A stretch of 64,000 bases of DNA from Euprymna scolopes (Eukaryota), in NCBI GenBank assembly GCA_053919585.1, contig CM132797.1, one strand, 5' to 3'. The first letter of the stretch is position 1. Every line of letters starts with the position of its first letter. Below, one piece after another: positions 41,805 to 50,995 of the stretch. Both the position numbers and the translations under genes were made by a program. Below the pieces are notes generated by a model that did not search any database, was not told the DNA's origin, and worked only from the letters and a program-made list of their open reading frames with translations.

Positions 41805-44713
41805 ACTAGCGCACAAGTACATGTATTTGAGTACTTCAATGTCCACCACAGTAATTGTTTTGGATCCTCTACTTACATGAACGCAGCTGTAGCAGTGTCA
41901 GAAATTTCGTGAAAATAGTGAATAATTCCACCCCATCTTTCCAAGCTTATAACTCCTCGAAAAATGTAATTCAAGCCCTAATTTTTTTTTCAATTAAAGG
42001 AGTAAGGACCAAGGTTTTATTTAAAAAAAAAAAAAAAAAAAACAATGTGTTTTTTTTTTTTAAAAAAGGTTTTAAACTTCGGACTTTACAGGTAAATTTC
42101 TAAAAAACTGATTTTTTTTTTGTTTTAAATTTGAATATATTATTTATTGACCTTTTTTCTTCAATTTGTGATATATAAAACTATTAAACATAAATTAATT
42201 ATTTACTTTTTAATAGACATTTCAAAATGAGAGGCGTAAATTATTCGACCCCCTATCTTTCTAAGCTTATAACTCCTCGAAAAATGTAATTCAAGCCCTA
42301 ATTTTTTTTTCAATTAAAGGAGTAAGGACCAAGGTTTCATTAAAAAAAAAAAAAAAGACAAAAAGAAAAAATGTGTTCTTATAAAATAAGGTTTTAAACT
42401 TCGGACTTTACAGGTAAATTTCTAAAAAACTGATTTTTTTTTTGTTTTAAATTTGAATATATTATTTATTGACCTTTTCTCTTCAATTTGTGATATATAA
42501 AACTATTAAACATAAATTAATTATTTACTTTTTAAGAGAAAGTTGAAAATGGGGGGGGCGTGAAAATGGGGGGGCGTGAAAATGGGGGGCGTGAATTTAA
42601 AAAAAACGTTTGTCTAAAATATTATATTCGGTTTATTGGAAAGAACATAAAATTTCACATTGACCCTGAAAATATCGTAAAAATAGAATCAATAGAAAAA
42701 TTTTGATAGATTTTTAAAATTTAAAAATATTGAGTTTAAAAATTGAAAAATATTGAGTTCGGAAAATTCATTACTGTTTTAAAAAAAAATAAAAATATTT
42801 TTATTACTTTTAAAACAACTGTAATAGTTTATTTTGGAAGTATAATCCATAAAGAAAATAAATAACCCACTTTTAACAGAGAAATTACGAGATTTTTATA
42901 TTGTATTCGCAGTTTCGTGTTAGGGGTGTCAAAAATTCCTACAAAAATTCTGATACTGCTAACGCAGCTGGTAGCACAACACATTGCTTTGCTATATTTC
43001 ATTCCCTGTCACAGACAGTTACGTTTCCGACACGTTTCCCAGATCAGCAAGATCAATATGCCTCACTTCTAGATCTATTTCTGGCTACAGTTCCCGATAA
43101 TTGTATAACGAATGCCCACAGCCCACTCGAGAATGCTGATTACGCTGAGATAAAGGTAAAATTCGCCCTAAATTCTCGACCCATAACTGAAGAGCCATTA
43201 CTCAAAAAACGAGGTATGAAAAGGCTGACTGGAAATCTATCAGGGATCTTCCCTTCCCGCTGATCAGTGCGCAAATGAAACTACTGAATGGTTCGAAACG
43301 GCAATTGAACACATTTTCCTACGCGGAAATTCTATAGCAAAATCAACTCTTCCCAATGGTTTACTTCTACTTGTGCAGCTGCCATTACTCATGTGTACCT
43401 GTAATGTTATGACCCTTTAGGCTGTGATCATACCGTAGTATCTGTTAACTGTGGCAATCGGGATTAATGGTCAAAACATTATTATTATTGTTATTGTATT
43501 CTTATTAATTGATTTGAGCGACGGATGGTCGCTGGATCAGTTATTATGATTAGAAGAATAAACAATTAAATTGCGGAAGAAATGATTGACGTGTGAATCG
43601 CAAAAGGAATGTGAAAATAGAAAATATATGTAAACATTATTTTGAGGGTTTGAATAAACAAATAACTAGCTGTGGACATTAGGTTGGTCTGAGACACATA
43701 ATTAGGTGAAGTAAGAGAACACGTGATGTAGTTAGTTTTGGAGAGATTCAGAGAGTTGAAGATTGACCACCAGAACGGACAGACGTCTAGACTGGGGTGG
43801 ACAGACAGCTAGGAAGCAAGCTGTAAGAATAGAAATGTAGACGAACTGCAGATCCTGTGAAAACCATTTGAGACAACTGTAATAAATTTATATTATAAAA
43901 ATATAAAGAGTTGTTTTAATGGTTTCACAAATAAGAACAGATGTCTCAATTGGTTGGTGCTGATCGCTTCATGGTTCGTCACGGAGCAGCGGGAAGATGC
44001 AGAAGAACTCTTCAAGAAAAAAAGGTATGAAGCATATATTATTCTTCTTACATTCTCTCCCTCTTAGACAGGATTCAAAAGAGAGTTGTCAACCTAATAG
44101 GTCTCGCACTGTCAGCTAGGCTTAAACCTCTGTTCCATTTATAAAATGTTACATTCCTCTGCCTGTTTTACAATTATTTTAATGGTAAGTGCTCTGACGA
44201 ACTACAAGACCTTGTATCCCCTTGGCGTAATTACCCCTGACAAACTCGACAAGCAGCAAAGTCCTACCCTTACACAGTCCGTAGATGCCACAAAGCCTTC
44301 TACACTAATAGTTTCTTTCCTCAGACTGCTAAACTTTGGAATTCCCTTTCAGGGTCCTGCTTCCCTGACTCTACTGACATAAAAAATTCAACTGTAATAT
44401 GAACAGACATTTTGCTGCCAAATTTCCTGCAATTATGTCATAGATAGTAGCCCCATACATCAAAGTGACCCTGTGCCTTGTTTGGGGTGAAAATGCAATA
44501 AAAAATAAAAACAAGGAAATACCATATAAAATTAATGCAAAAATCTATTATGCATATGTCTACGCTGTAGTGTGAATAATTCAAAGAATGGTCCGTTCTT
44601 TTTTATAGACAGGCGTGTTCATATTAATTATGTACGGTATGTACTTACCATAGGCAGAAACATGTAATTATTCCGGACACCATAACAAAACACGCCACCA
44701 AAACCACCACTAC
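1..44713 (-). CDS. Slob: Spliced Slowpoke-binding protein (Slob)/PXK-like pseudokinase, partial (9 exons in window; start exon not located; continues past position 1)
   Basis: Nine GT-AG exons join in frame: VVVVLVACFVMVSGIITCFCLW-KYKVKRKVSRNGYTSIETSLAVPDKLWLEKQKRAITFKE-QALMTCQYYLRNEGRYSDIQQLEEIG-RRDGKFWFLVHDPLL...LFSLTE-HPYIMPL...GSLKDEIYQ-SRCLD...NQILK-ALLHLQQNSFPPFSHLHSGNVILHNGICR-LTEIEST...ALTFA-HLLFEMSAGYELDSAHP. The motifs IG.R..K.WFLV, HPYI.P, GSLKD.IY, HLHSGNVIL.NG and HLL(F/Y)EM..G.EL match the Slob/PXK kinase-like domain as I recall it. Confidence 0.88.
1026..1719. mobile_element. Non-autonomous Helitron-like/MITE element with inverted ends
   Basis: Left end tagcagggagacccgacg is the inverse of right end cgccaggtctccctgctag; the right end has a GC hairpin followed by CTAG. 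Interior shares blocks with 58143-58750. Confidence 0.5.
1776..1885 (-). CDS. Slob: Slob-like exon (LTEIESTLLQQDVNLFTTIKKKLADSPSHAISALTF)
   Basis: Acceptor ctcttttacag, donor gtacgt; 110 nt, phase 2 in and phase 1 out, fitting both neighbours. Confidence 0.88.
1919..2055. repeat. Compound trinucleotide microsatellite (CTA/CTG/CAA/ATA)
   Basis: Seen directly; lies next to the acceptor of exon 1776-1885. Confidence 0.95.
2060..2450 (+). mobile_element. CR1/L2-type LINE 3' fragment (family A)
   Basis: Encodes KKVGSLYRARRLL...MEYCCHIY; near-copy of 47840-48220. Confidence 0.85.
2455..4450 (+). mobile_element. CR1/L2-type LINE reverse transcriptase region, decayed, 5'-truncated (family B)
   Basis: Broken ORFs with KATGPDGIP, LDISKAFDKVWH, GVPQGSILGP, YADD and MEY.CHIWAGA. 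Confidence 0.92.
4622..5060 (+). mobile_element. (TAA)n followed by a non-autonomous retroelement with an R4/Dong-like 3' tail
   Basis: Shares ggagacttgttgtcactcag...cagggacacc with 26440-26850; begins right after a TAA microsatellite. Confidence 0.55.
6426..6727. mobile_element. Foldback palindrome of two inverted Penelope-like termini with a hammerhead core
   Basis: Arms 6426-6560 and 6575-6727 are reverse complements; the right arm has CTGATGA-gatc-aattat-gatc-GAAAC-g-GTC at 6664-6693. Confidence 0.7.
7265..8311. repeat. Two diverged tandem copies of an interspersed repeat (gaactttgacccc / ggaggagtttggtag motifs)
   Basis: About 7325-7670 is colinear with about 7915-8290. Confidence 0.7.
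8492..8610. repeat. Minisatellite, about 42-bp unit, about 3 copies
   Basis: tgttaagaac...gaatagacacc repeated three times. Confidence 0.8.
9072..9544. mobile_element. About 470-bp palindromic MITE/foldback element
   Basis: acacattattagac..aaaagctgaaataaaaccagaa pairs with ttctggttttatttcagctttt..gtctaataatgtgt; the inner ttggcctttt/aaaaggc arms are also symmetric. Confidence 0.8.
10124..10209 (-). CDS. Slob: Slob-like exon (ALLHLQQNSFPPFSHLHSGNVILHNGIC)
   Basis: Acceptor ttcttcag, donor gtaagc; 86 nt; degenerate catalytic loop HLHSGN. Confidence 0.92.
10680..11460. repeat. Old degenerate minisatellite (tgaaatttagYgtggtac...gttattttaccgctgatattt)
   Basis: The motif recurs many times with a variable period. 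Confidence 0.8.
11742..11837 (-). CDS. Slob: Slob-like exon (SRCLDNHSDKYVHHGQPLPYIQTQNYANQILK)
   Basis: Acceptor gttttcag, donor gtaagg; 96 nt, phase 0/0. Confidence 0.9.
12748..12858 (-). CDS. Slob: Slob-like exon (HPYIMPLSELEFLEEEGFIIVVRPFSPAGSLKDEIYQ)
   Basis: Acceptor gttttcag, donor gtgagt; 111 nt, phase 0/0; lies within ORF 12730..12954. Confidence 0.92.
13760..14295 (-). mobile_element. R4/Dong-type non-LTR retrotransposon 3' end (restriction-like endonuclease), decayed
   Basis: HNRPDLIVIDK...ILDFSLP and IIPVVVGTLGVV...LQTSAIVGT; its 3' end abuts a TAA/CAA microsatellite. Confidence 0.85.
14296..14443 (+). mobile_element. Short CR1/L2-type fragment (family B)
   Basis: Near-identical to 2633-2778; followed by (GAT)n(AAT)n. 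Confidence 0.85.
16500..18800 (+). mobile_element. Low-complexity non-coding retroelement ending in a hammerhead ribozyme and (TA)n
   Basis: CT-rich and TG/TA-rich blocks, then a tail shared with 23098-23240 and 50208-50320. The 5' boundary is uncertain. Confidence 0.5.
18642..18712 (+). ncRNA. Type I hammerhead ribozyme motif
   Basis: tctgt..ggt CTGACGA [ggctgctgga / tccaacatcc] GAAAC atgt GTA act..acaga; all core residues present. Confidence 0.7.
18882..19955 (+). mobile_element. CR1/L2-type LINE 3' fragment (family B)
   Basis: YADD region and ORF 19270..19641; homologous to 3335-4430; flanked by (TA)n. Confidence 0.9.
19990..20545 (-). mobile_element. Penelope-like pseudo-LTR (GIY-YIG C-terminus, UTR, hammerhead, ORF N-terminus)
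   Basis: RLRILEALYIKTKKPQINN (Penelope endonuclease end) precedes IRRWEKIKRKI...FNNICLNERMLPKYT (Penelope ORF start); embedded in (TA)n on both sides. Confidence 0.85.
20143..20184 (-). ncRNA. Minimal Penelope-type hammerhead ribozyme
   Basis: Minus strand reads tgc CTGAGGA t gatagaa-gtac-ttctgtc GAAA gcgc TC gcg; palindromic stem III AGCGCT. Confidence 0.75.
22109..22260 (-). CDS. Slob: Slob-like exon (RRDGKFWFLVHDPLLGRKQLL...KKLFSLTE)
   Basis: Acceptor tttttatag, donor gtaaat; 152 nt, phase 1/0. Confidence 0.9.
23098..23168 (+). ncRNA. Type I hammerhead ribozyme motif
   Basis: tttctgt aa aagt CTGAGGA c gctac..gtagt c GAAACA ataa TGTA actt a acagaaa; C/C mismatch at the base of stem II. 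Confidence 0.7.
23290..24343 (-). mobile_element. pogo/Tigger-family DNA transposon, internally deleted
   Basis: Terminal inverted repeats agtataactcctataatttgaac / gttcaaattaaaggagttttactg, inserted in TA repeats; remnant acidic transposase C-terminus (ORF 23605..23820). Confidence 0.75.
24362..24439 (-). CDS. Slob: Slob-like exon (QALMTCQYYLRNEGRYSDIQQLEEI)
   Basis: Acceptor attacag, donor gtaagt; 78 nt, phase 1/1. Confidence 0.88.
24560..25115 (-). mobile_element. R4/Dong-related element (endonuclease remnant plus non-coding head)
   Basis: Minus strand reads KVEIARL...IIIGVLGSIPDDLEKQLNSLG; adjoins (TAA)n(CTA)n; 24830-25100 is an inverted copy of 26011-26300. Confidence 0.7.
26011..26850 (+). 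mobile_element. Two tandem non-autonomous retroelements with R4/Dong-like tails
   Basis: Two tails (26320-26450 and 26735-26850) are similar to each other and to 4925-5000. Confidence 0.6.
26840..35953. repeat. Tandem satellite, 50-bp unit TAAAATCGATTAATGAGTATAAATAATAAAAATATGAATATCACTATTAG, about 182 copies
   Basis: Seen directly; near-identical units with a few recurrent variants; intronic. Confidence 0.99.
36233..36348 (-). CDS. Slob: Slob-like exon (KYKVKRKVSRNGYTSIETSLAVPDKLWLEKQKRAITFK)
   Basis: Acceptor tatttttag, donor gtaaca; 116 nt, phase 2/1, open frame that joins the next exon. Confidence 0.8.
36380..38040 (-). mobile_element. Old CR1/L2-type LINE RT remnant
   Basis: Minus strand DKVWHGRLL...ISGRIRDIIKSFL near 37370-37290 and a ADD motif near 37130; many stops. 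Confidence 0.75.
39320..39855 (-). mobile_element. CR1/L2-type LINE 3' fragment (family A)
   Basis: Reverse complement of 47840-48340. Confidence 0.85.
39890..40490 (-). mobile_element. mariner transposon remnant
   Basis: MDKNRRV...TIIHEEIKM...KFVPKVL and DFWLFPKLK; homologous to 51493-52427. Confidence 0.85.
41330..43395 (+). mobile_element. CR1/L2-type LINE apurinic endonuclease region interrupted by an AT-rich insert (about 41895-42950)
   Basis: PDILAL, YRSP, FNVHH and QTVTFPTRFPD...SLLDLFL motifs lie on either side of the insert. Confidence 0.75.
43400..43985 (+). mobile_element. Possible solo LTR
   Basis: Begins tgttatgacc, ends ggttcgtcac (imperfect inverted ends), with an internal AATAAA. 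No target-site duplication verified. Confidence 0.35.
44060..44510 (+). mobile_element. CR1/L2-type LINE 3' end (family A)
   Basis: Homologous to 47980-48340. Confidence 0.8.
44649..44713 (-). CDS. Slob: Slob-like upstream exon encoding a predicted transmembrane helix (VVVVLVACFVMVSGIITCFCL-W)
   Basis: Acceptor ttcattgtattttcag, consensus donor gtaagt; 65 nt ending in phase 2 (TG + G = Trp), which matches exon 36233-36348. Confidence 0.72.
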
Positions 44714-45469
44714 CTGAAAATACAATGAAAAATGAACACAATGAGGAATCTATTATCAGTATACTGTTGAGCAGATAGAGCATATATGGAATTCTCAGTA
44801 TATTTATACTAATAATCACGAGAGAAATATATGAATCCACATCTACATGTTCGAGTAAACGGGGCTCTTAGATCTTAGGACACCGGCAATGGTGAAAGGG
44901 AAATAAGTAAAAATACCACAGTGTTACAATACGGTACTGGTATTTCAATTCATAAAGGGGTTAGTACCTCGCAATAGTTTGACGACAGTATGTTATATAT
45001 CCCGACATTTTTCTTTTTGAATGATGATCATGATGATGATGAAGAAGAAGAAGAAGAAGAAGAAGAAGAAGAAGAAGAAGAAGAAGAAGAAGAAGAAAAA
45101 TCAACTCGTGCAAATAATAAAAAAATTCTTCCTTTTCTTCTCTTCGTTAATATTTTTATGAAGATCGTCCTATTATAAAAAAATTAGTTATTTTCTATAG
45201 ACATTTTTGTTACCGTAAAAAAGGTGAATAAGCTAAACATCAACGAAAATATAAAAGGGAAGACGGACATTATAAATCTTTTTTTGTTTTTTTGTTTTGA
45301 GGGGATAATCACAATATTTTTACTATCTTCTTTTATTTAATGTTTTTTATTTATGTCTTTGCATTATTAAAAATGGTTAGTTTATCTGAACTTTTACGTC
45401 ATCGTGCAATAAAAGGAGAAAAATCAACTAAAATACAAAAAAGAAACCAAAAAAAAAAGACAATACGCT

Positions 45470-46925
45470 ATGCAACATATAAATATCTGTGCGTGAGGTC
45501 GCCAAGCTTATCAAGAAACTTGATTCCAGTAAAGCAACTAGCCCTGACGCCCTTCCAGTTATAGTGCTGAAAAAGCTCCAACCAGAACGTGCCCCCATAC
45601 TTACAAAACAGTTTAAGCGTTGCCTTAAGGAGAAGTGCTTTCCAACCCTCTGGAAAACCTCATTAGTAGTCCCTGTATTTAAGAATTCAGGTGAACAGTC
45701 ATCTCCCTCTCAGTACAAACCAATAAGTGTCCTCTGTGCCATGAGTAAGTTGTTGGAATTCATGTTAAATAAAGAAGTAGTCAACCACCTCAACAGAAAC
45801 AACCTTCTTAGTGATATGCAATATGGTTTCCGCTCTGCAAGATCTACAACAGATGTGCTAACGGTTATATCTCATAGGATTAGTGAATCTCTTAACAAAG
45901 GCTTTCTTTTCAGGGCAATTGCTCTTGACATATCGAAGGCCTACTTCACAAGATTTCCAGCTACGGTATCACCGGAAATATTTACTCAATCATTAAATCA
46001 TTTATCTCCGAGAGATTCATAAGAGTATTGGTTGATGGGCAGAAATCAGAGGCCCACAGTGCTAATGCTCGAGTCGCTCAGGGTTCCATCCTGGGCCCAA
46101 CTCTCTTCCTGATCTACATCAAAGATCTCCCAAAACACATACTTAAATCATTCGTTGACATCTATGCTGATGACACGGCCATCTATGGCAACACATCAAA
46201 GGCCGTAAATGACAAAGTTCTCTCTCATTCTCTCTCCTCTGATTTTGAGCGCGTGGTACAGTGGGGGAAGAGGTGGCTGGTCACTTTTAATGCACATAAA
46301 ACCAAGCTTCTATCTTTACATCATCAACACTCTGATCCTCATCTGGCATCAATTGAAATGGGTGGCTCTCGTCTTGGGGAGGCTCCATGTTTTGACAAGC
46401 TTCTGAGTTTGACCTTTACTCCTGATCTGAAATGGAACACATACATCAAGTCAGTTGCCAAGGACGCTGGGAAAATGGTGGGATCCTTCTACCGCTCCAG
46501 AAGATATCTCACTACTGATGCAATTTTCTATCTGTATAAAAGCCAAGTACTCCAAGGATGGAGTACTGCTGCCACATCTGGGCAGGTGCTTCTAAAAACA
46601 GCCTATCCTGCCTTGACAAAGTACAAAATAGACTTCGTAGCTTAGTGAGGGATGCCATTTTCTCTTCCCTGCAGCCTCTCTCCCACAGAAGAGACGTTGC
46701 GAGCCTGTCTTTGTTTTATCGTTATTTCTATGGCAAGTGCTCGTCTGAGCTCCAATCTCTCGTCCCCCCCCTCGCCAATCTTTCACGAGAAACACCCGCC
46801 TGGCTGAAACTACTGTCAATAATTTTCCCCACTCTTTATCTGTGCCTAAATCCAAATGTAGATTCCATGAGCAGAGCGTCTTTCTTAGAAGTACACGCCA
46901 GTGGAACTCTCTTCCGTTTGCCTGT
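45470..46925 (+). mobile_element. CR1/L2-type LINE RT region (family B), frameshifted
   Basis: ORFs 45489..46022, 46028..46645 (YADD) and 46558..46953; close paralog of 2800-4240. Confidence 0.93.
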
Positions 46926-46929
46926 TCTG

Positions 46930-48340
46930 ATCTCATCCTGCTGTACTAATTAAGAAATATTCAGGCGAGCTAGCCCCCATACTTTCCAAGCTTTACAATA
47001 AATGCCTTGCTGAATCTTTCTTACCTAATAGCTGGAAGTGTACAAGAGTTCTGGTGAAAGAACAGACCCTCTCAATTATCGCCCCATTAATCTCCTTCCA
47101 CTCTTCGCCAAAATCTTTGAGACCTTAATTAATCAAGTACTAGTTCACCACCTCACAAAAGCAAATCTCTCTTACAAACAGTATAGATTCAAGCAATGTC
47201 GTTCTACTGCACATATTTTAACAGTCATCTCTGAACGCATTTACCATGTACTGGATAAGGTGGGCGAAGCCAGGGTTGTAGCCCTGGATATATCCAAGGC
47301 CTTTGACAAAGTCTGGCATAAAGGGCTGCTAATGAAAATTAAATCGCACGGTATAACTGGACGTATACTAAATATAATTAGATTCTTCTTAGACAATAGA
47401 AGCATACAGGTTGTCACTGACGGACGTACATCCAAGCAGCATAACATTAATGCAGGAGTGCCTCTGAGGTCGATCCTTGAACCATTATTATTCCTGATAT
47501 TCATAAACGACCTCCCTGATAATATTGTGTCCGAGATGGGTATATTTGCTGATGATACAACGCTCTATAATATGCATGAGGGAAAAACAAATGTACATAA
47601 ATCTAAGACAATGGCAGAATCGTTAGAAAATGACCTCCAGACTATAGTGGAATGGGGCCGCAAATGGATGGTAACATTTAACGCTAGGAAAACTAAGCTG
47701 CTCTCCTTTAACAATTATAAGACGCCTCTCCAATCTCCTATATCCATCACAAATAGCACCCTCCCTGAGAATTCTACCTTCAAACTCCTCGACCTAACAT
47801 TTGCGGGCAATATGAACTGGAACAAATACATAGGGGGCATTAAAAAGGCTACTGCAAAGAAGGTGGGTTCCCTCTATCGAGCTAGAAACTACTCACACCT
47901 GAGAGTATCCTCTACCTCTACAAGGCTACCATTCGCTAATGCATGGAGTATCGTTGCCACATCTGGGCTGGTGCATCTACCACTAGTCTCTCCCTCTTAG
48001 ATAAAGTCCAAAAAAGAGTTGTCAATTTAATCGATCCCACTTTATCAACTAAGCTCCAGCCCCTGTCCCATCGCCACAATGTTGCATCACTGTGCTTGTT
48101 TTGCAATTATTTTAATGGAATGTGTTCTGATGAATCGTTTCGCTTGTACCCTTCTCGACGTACATATCCCCAGCAAACCCGCTTAGCAATAAGATCTTAC
48201 CCTTTCACTGTTGATGTCCCTAAATGCCAGAAAGCTTTCTATTCTAATAGTTTCTTCCCTCGAACAGCTAGACTTTGGAATTCCCTTCCTGCTGTCTGCT
48301 TCCCTGGCTGTACTGATATGCAGAAGTTTAAATGTAACTA
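46930..48340 (+). mobile_element. CR1/L2-type LINE RT region (family A), frameshifted
   Basis: 320-aa ORF with NYRPI.LL, LDISKAFDKVWH and FADD, continued by MEYRCHIWAGA. Confidence 0.93.
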
Positions 48341-49639
48341 AACGATATCTATATTGGTAGAAAATCTTATCTAACTTATGTTAGGAGGGAAGAGTGAAGT
48401 TCGAATCAAGAGTACATCCTATAAATGGTAGGATTTATATATATATATAAAAATTACGTTATTCAACGTATTTCCTTGAATATGTATCCCATAGTTCATA
48501 ATTATGTGTTTAGGAATTTACGCGTCACATACGTATTACTGGACGTGTATCAAAAGCAGAGATGCGACATTGAATTCCTCCATGTAGAAAACATGGAACA
48601 TATAAACATTTACCGGCGCCTGTTGAACATTTAAGAACCTGATGCTGTTGACGTTAGCAAATGGGGGAGAGGGATTCGTCGATTTTAGAGTGTCGACAAG
48701 GATATGAGTGACAAAGCGTGCTCCGAACTTTTATAACCGAGATATCAAAAGACGTTGGCATTGAGCATGGTGGTGCATTGTGAATAGTGGAATAAATTCT
48801 CAAGCACAAAAGGTAGTCCATTCTAATGGTACCACTCCCGTCTTCGCGGCCCTTCAACGTCTTAATTTTTTAGGAAAAAATTAGGAGGCCTTACTTTTGG
48901 AACGACCGTCGTAAATATGCTAGCCCGAGACGATTCGTTAACTATTAATTTCTCATTTTTCTATGACTTTCGAGAAGTTTTAAATCTTTATGCCGTGTGA
49001 TTGGTCTTGCCTTTTGCGGAGGGCACTAAACTGATATCGATGTGTTGGTGTTCTGTTAGAAAAACGAAAGGGCTATCATCAATTCAATTTCGAAAATAGG
49101 AACATCACATCCACTACTTTTTGATTTTGCCAGTTTCCATAGATAAACGTTTCATATATGAATCTGTGTTATAATTACATGAAGCGAAATTATTCGACTT
49201 TTATCCTGGTCCTATTATATTTTTACACAACAAGACTACGAGTAAACCTTCTATTATTTATTAATTTAATTGTAAAAATAGAGACAAATCTTTTCAAAGC
49301 GAATACGGTGTTTCACGTGTTGGACGACCATTTTCCAGAGATAAAAGAACTTGTGTTCCTAATTGTAGAGTATTATAATTAAAACTTATTTGCATGAATA
49401 ATTAATTTACATGTGTATGGCTCAATCGGATTTTTAAAAAAAAGTTGTCTCAAACAAAACAGTGAGTCGGATTTTAGATAATTGAAAGAAAGCATTGGTT
49501 TTAGAAATGTTGTGAGATTTGTTACAGTGTGGGATGAACAAGGTTTCTTTGTGAAGTTTCTACTGTCAATGTTTCCCTATTATTGGTAAAAACGATTTAC
49601 ATACGTCGTTGTATAATAATATAAACTTGTAGTAGTTGT

Positions 49640-49930
49640 GCCTCCTCGATGTAAATGCCCCCGGCTAACCCGACAAGCAACAAAATCCCACCCCTTACAC
49701 TGTAAAAATCCCTAGATGCCGGAAAGCTTTCTACTTTAGTTTCTTCCCTCGAAATGTTAGACTTTAGAATTCCCCTCGGATCGCTGCTTCCTTGACTGTA
49801 CTGACATGCAGAAGTTCAAGTGTAACGTAAACAGGCGTCTCGCTGCTCAACTCCCTACATTGTTTGCCTGTATATTTGATCCCAAATAGTAGCCCCTTAC
49901 GTCAAAGTGCACTGTGTCTTGTTTTAAAAA
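49640..49930 (+). mobile_element. CR1/L2-type LINE 3' end (family A)
   Basis: Matches 48150-48340 and 59000-59290. Confidence 0.75.
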
Positions 49931-50207
49931 GTAAAAAAGGAATGTATATACTTTAAAATAAACGTAAAATACCAGACTGTCATCTGTGTGCGCAACAAAA
50001 CTGAACGTATAAAACCATCCAAGAAACGCCCCGTCGGGGCAGCTAGTTAGGTGTATATATATATANNNNNNNNNNNNNNNNNNNNNNNNNNNNNNNNNNN
50101 NNNNNNNNNNNNNNNNNNNNNNNNNNNNNNNNNNNNNNNNNNNNNNNNNNNNNNNNNNNNNNNNNNNNNNNNNNNNNNNNNNNNNNNNNNNNNNNNACTG
50201 AAGGAGT

Positions 50208-50286
50208 TTCTGTAAAAGTCTGAGGAAGCTACAGACGGCCAAAAATAATGGCCGGGCAGCTGAAACAATAATGTAACTTAACAGAA
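50208..50286 (+). ncRNA. Type I hammerhead ribozyme, best-preserved copy of its family
   Basis: ttctgt aa aagt CTGAGGA [agct..cggcca aaaataa tggccg..agct] GAAACA ataa TGTA actt a acagaa; three stems and a full core; predicted cleavage after A50275. Confidence 0.82.
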
Positions 50287-50318
50287 CGATACGGTAATAA
50301 AATAATAAAAAATAAAAC

Positions 50319-50391
<73 letters not shown>

Positions 50392-50924
50392 GAATGCACA
50401 CGGGTTTGGCGTTATAATGCTGGTTTGAGAAATCACCGTAGAAATTACAAATACATGGAAGTTGGTAGGCATCGTTTGAGCAATGTTTGTGCATACAGTA
50501 TATGTTACAAAATATATGTACTTCAGGTGAAAGCCTTAGACTTGGTATGAGAGTCCATAGCATTAATGAAACTGTTTCCTTTGCAAATAGTTTGCATATT
50601 TATATTTAAAATATATTTGGCGCTTGGGTGCATTACAAATATTTTTGCAGGTGATTTTAAAAGAGAAAATTAGAGCTTTGTACTGTTGTACATTCAAAAC
50701 TATGACGACACATGTAATTCTATGTAAGACATATTCACTTTATTATTTCTCTAAAAATCAACACAAGCTCACGTTCTCCAGGATATTCATTCATATCGTA
50801 TGAATCAGATGATTCTACTGTTGGCATTAATTTCCCACATATCTTTCTAGTTATTTTTTTTTAACTGAGTACTTATGGGAGGGATAATGTGAAGGTTGCC
50901 AACATTCTAAATTAAAATGTTTAA

Positions 50925-50995
50925 GTGGAACGCAGTGGATTCGAACTTTCCACTAACAAATTATCGGCTCGTGCCGTTAACCACTTAACCACAGT
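50925..50995 (-). mobile_element. tRNA-derived SINE head or pseudo-tRNA
   Basis: Minus strand A box TGGTTAAGTGG and B box GTTCGAATCC; a related decayed copy lies at 5141-5200 (+). Confidence 0.55.

Noticed and set aside
47038-48000. Domesticated or active reverse transcriptase gene
   Set aside because: 5'-truncated, frameshifted, with substitutions in conserved motifs (GVPLRSILEP), and one of many decayed copies.
50925-50995. Functional tRNA gene
   Set aside because: A and B boxes are present but I could not build a convincing cloverleaf; a decayed relative at 5141 suggests a SINE head.
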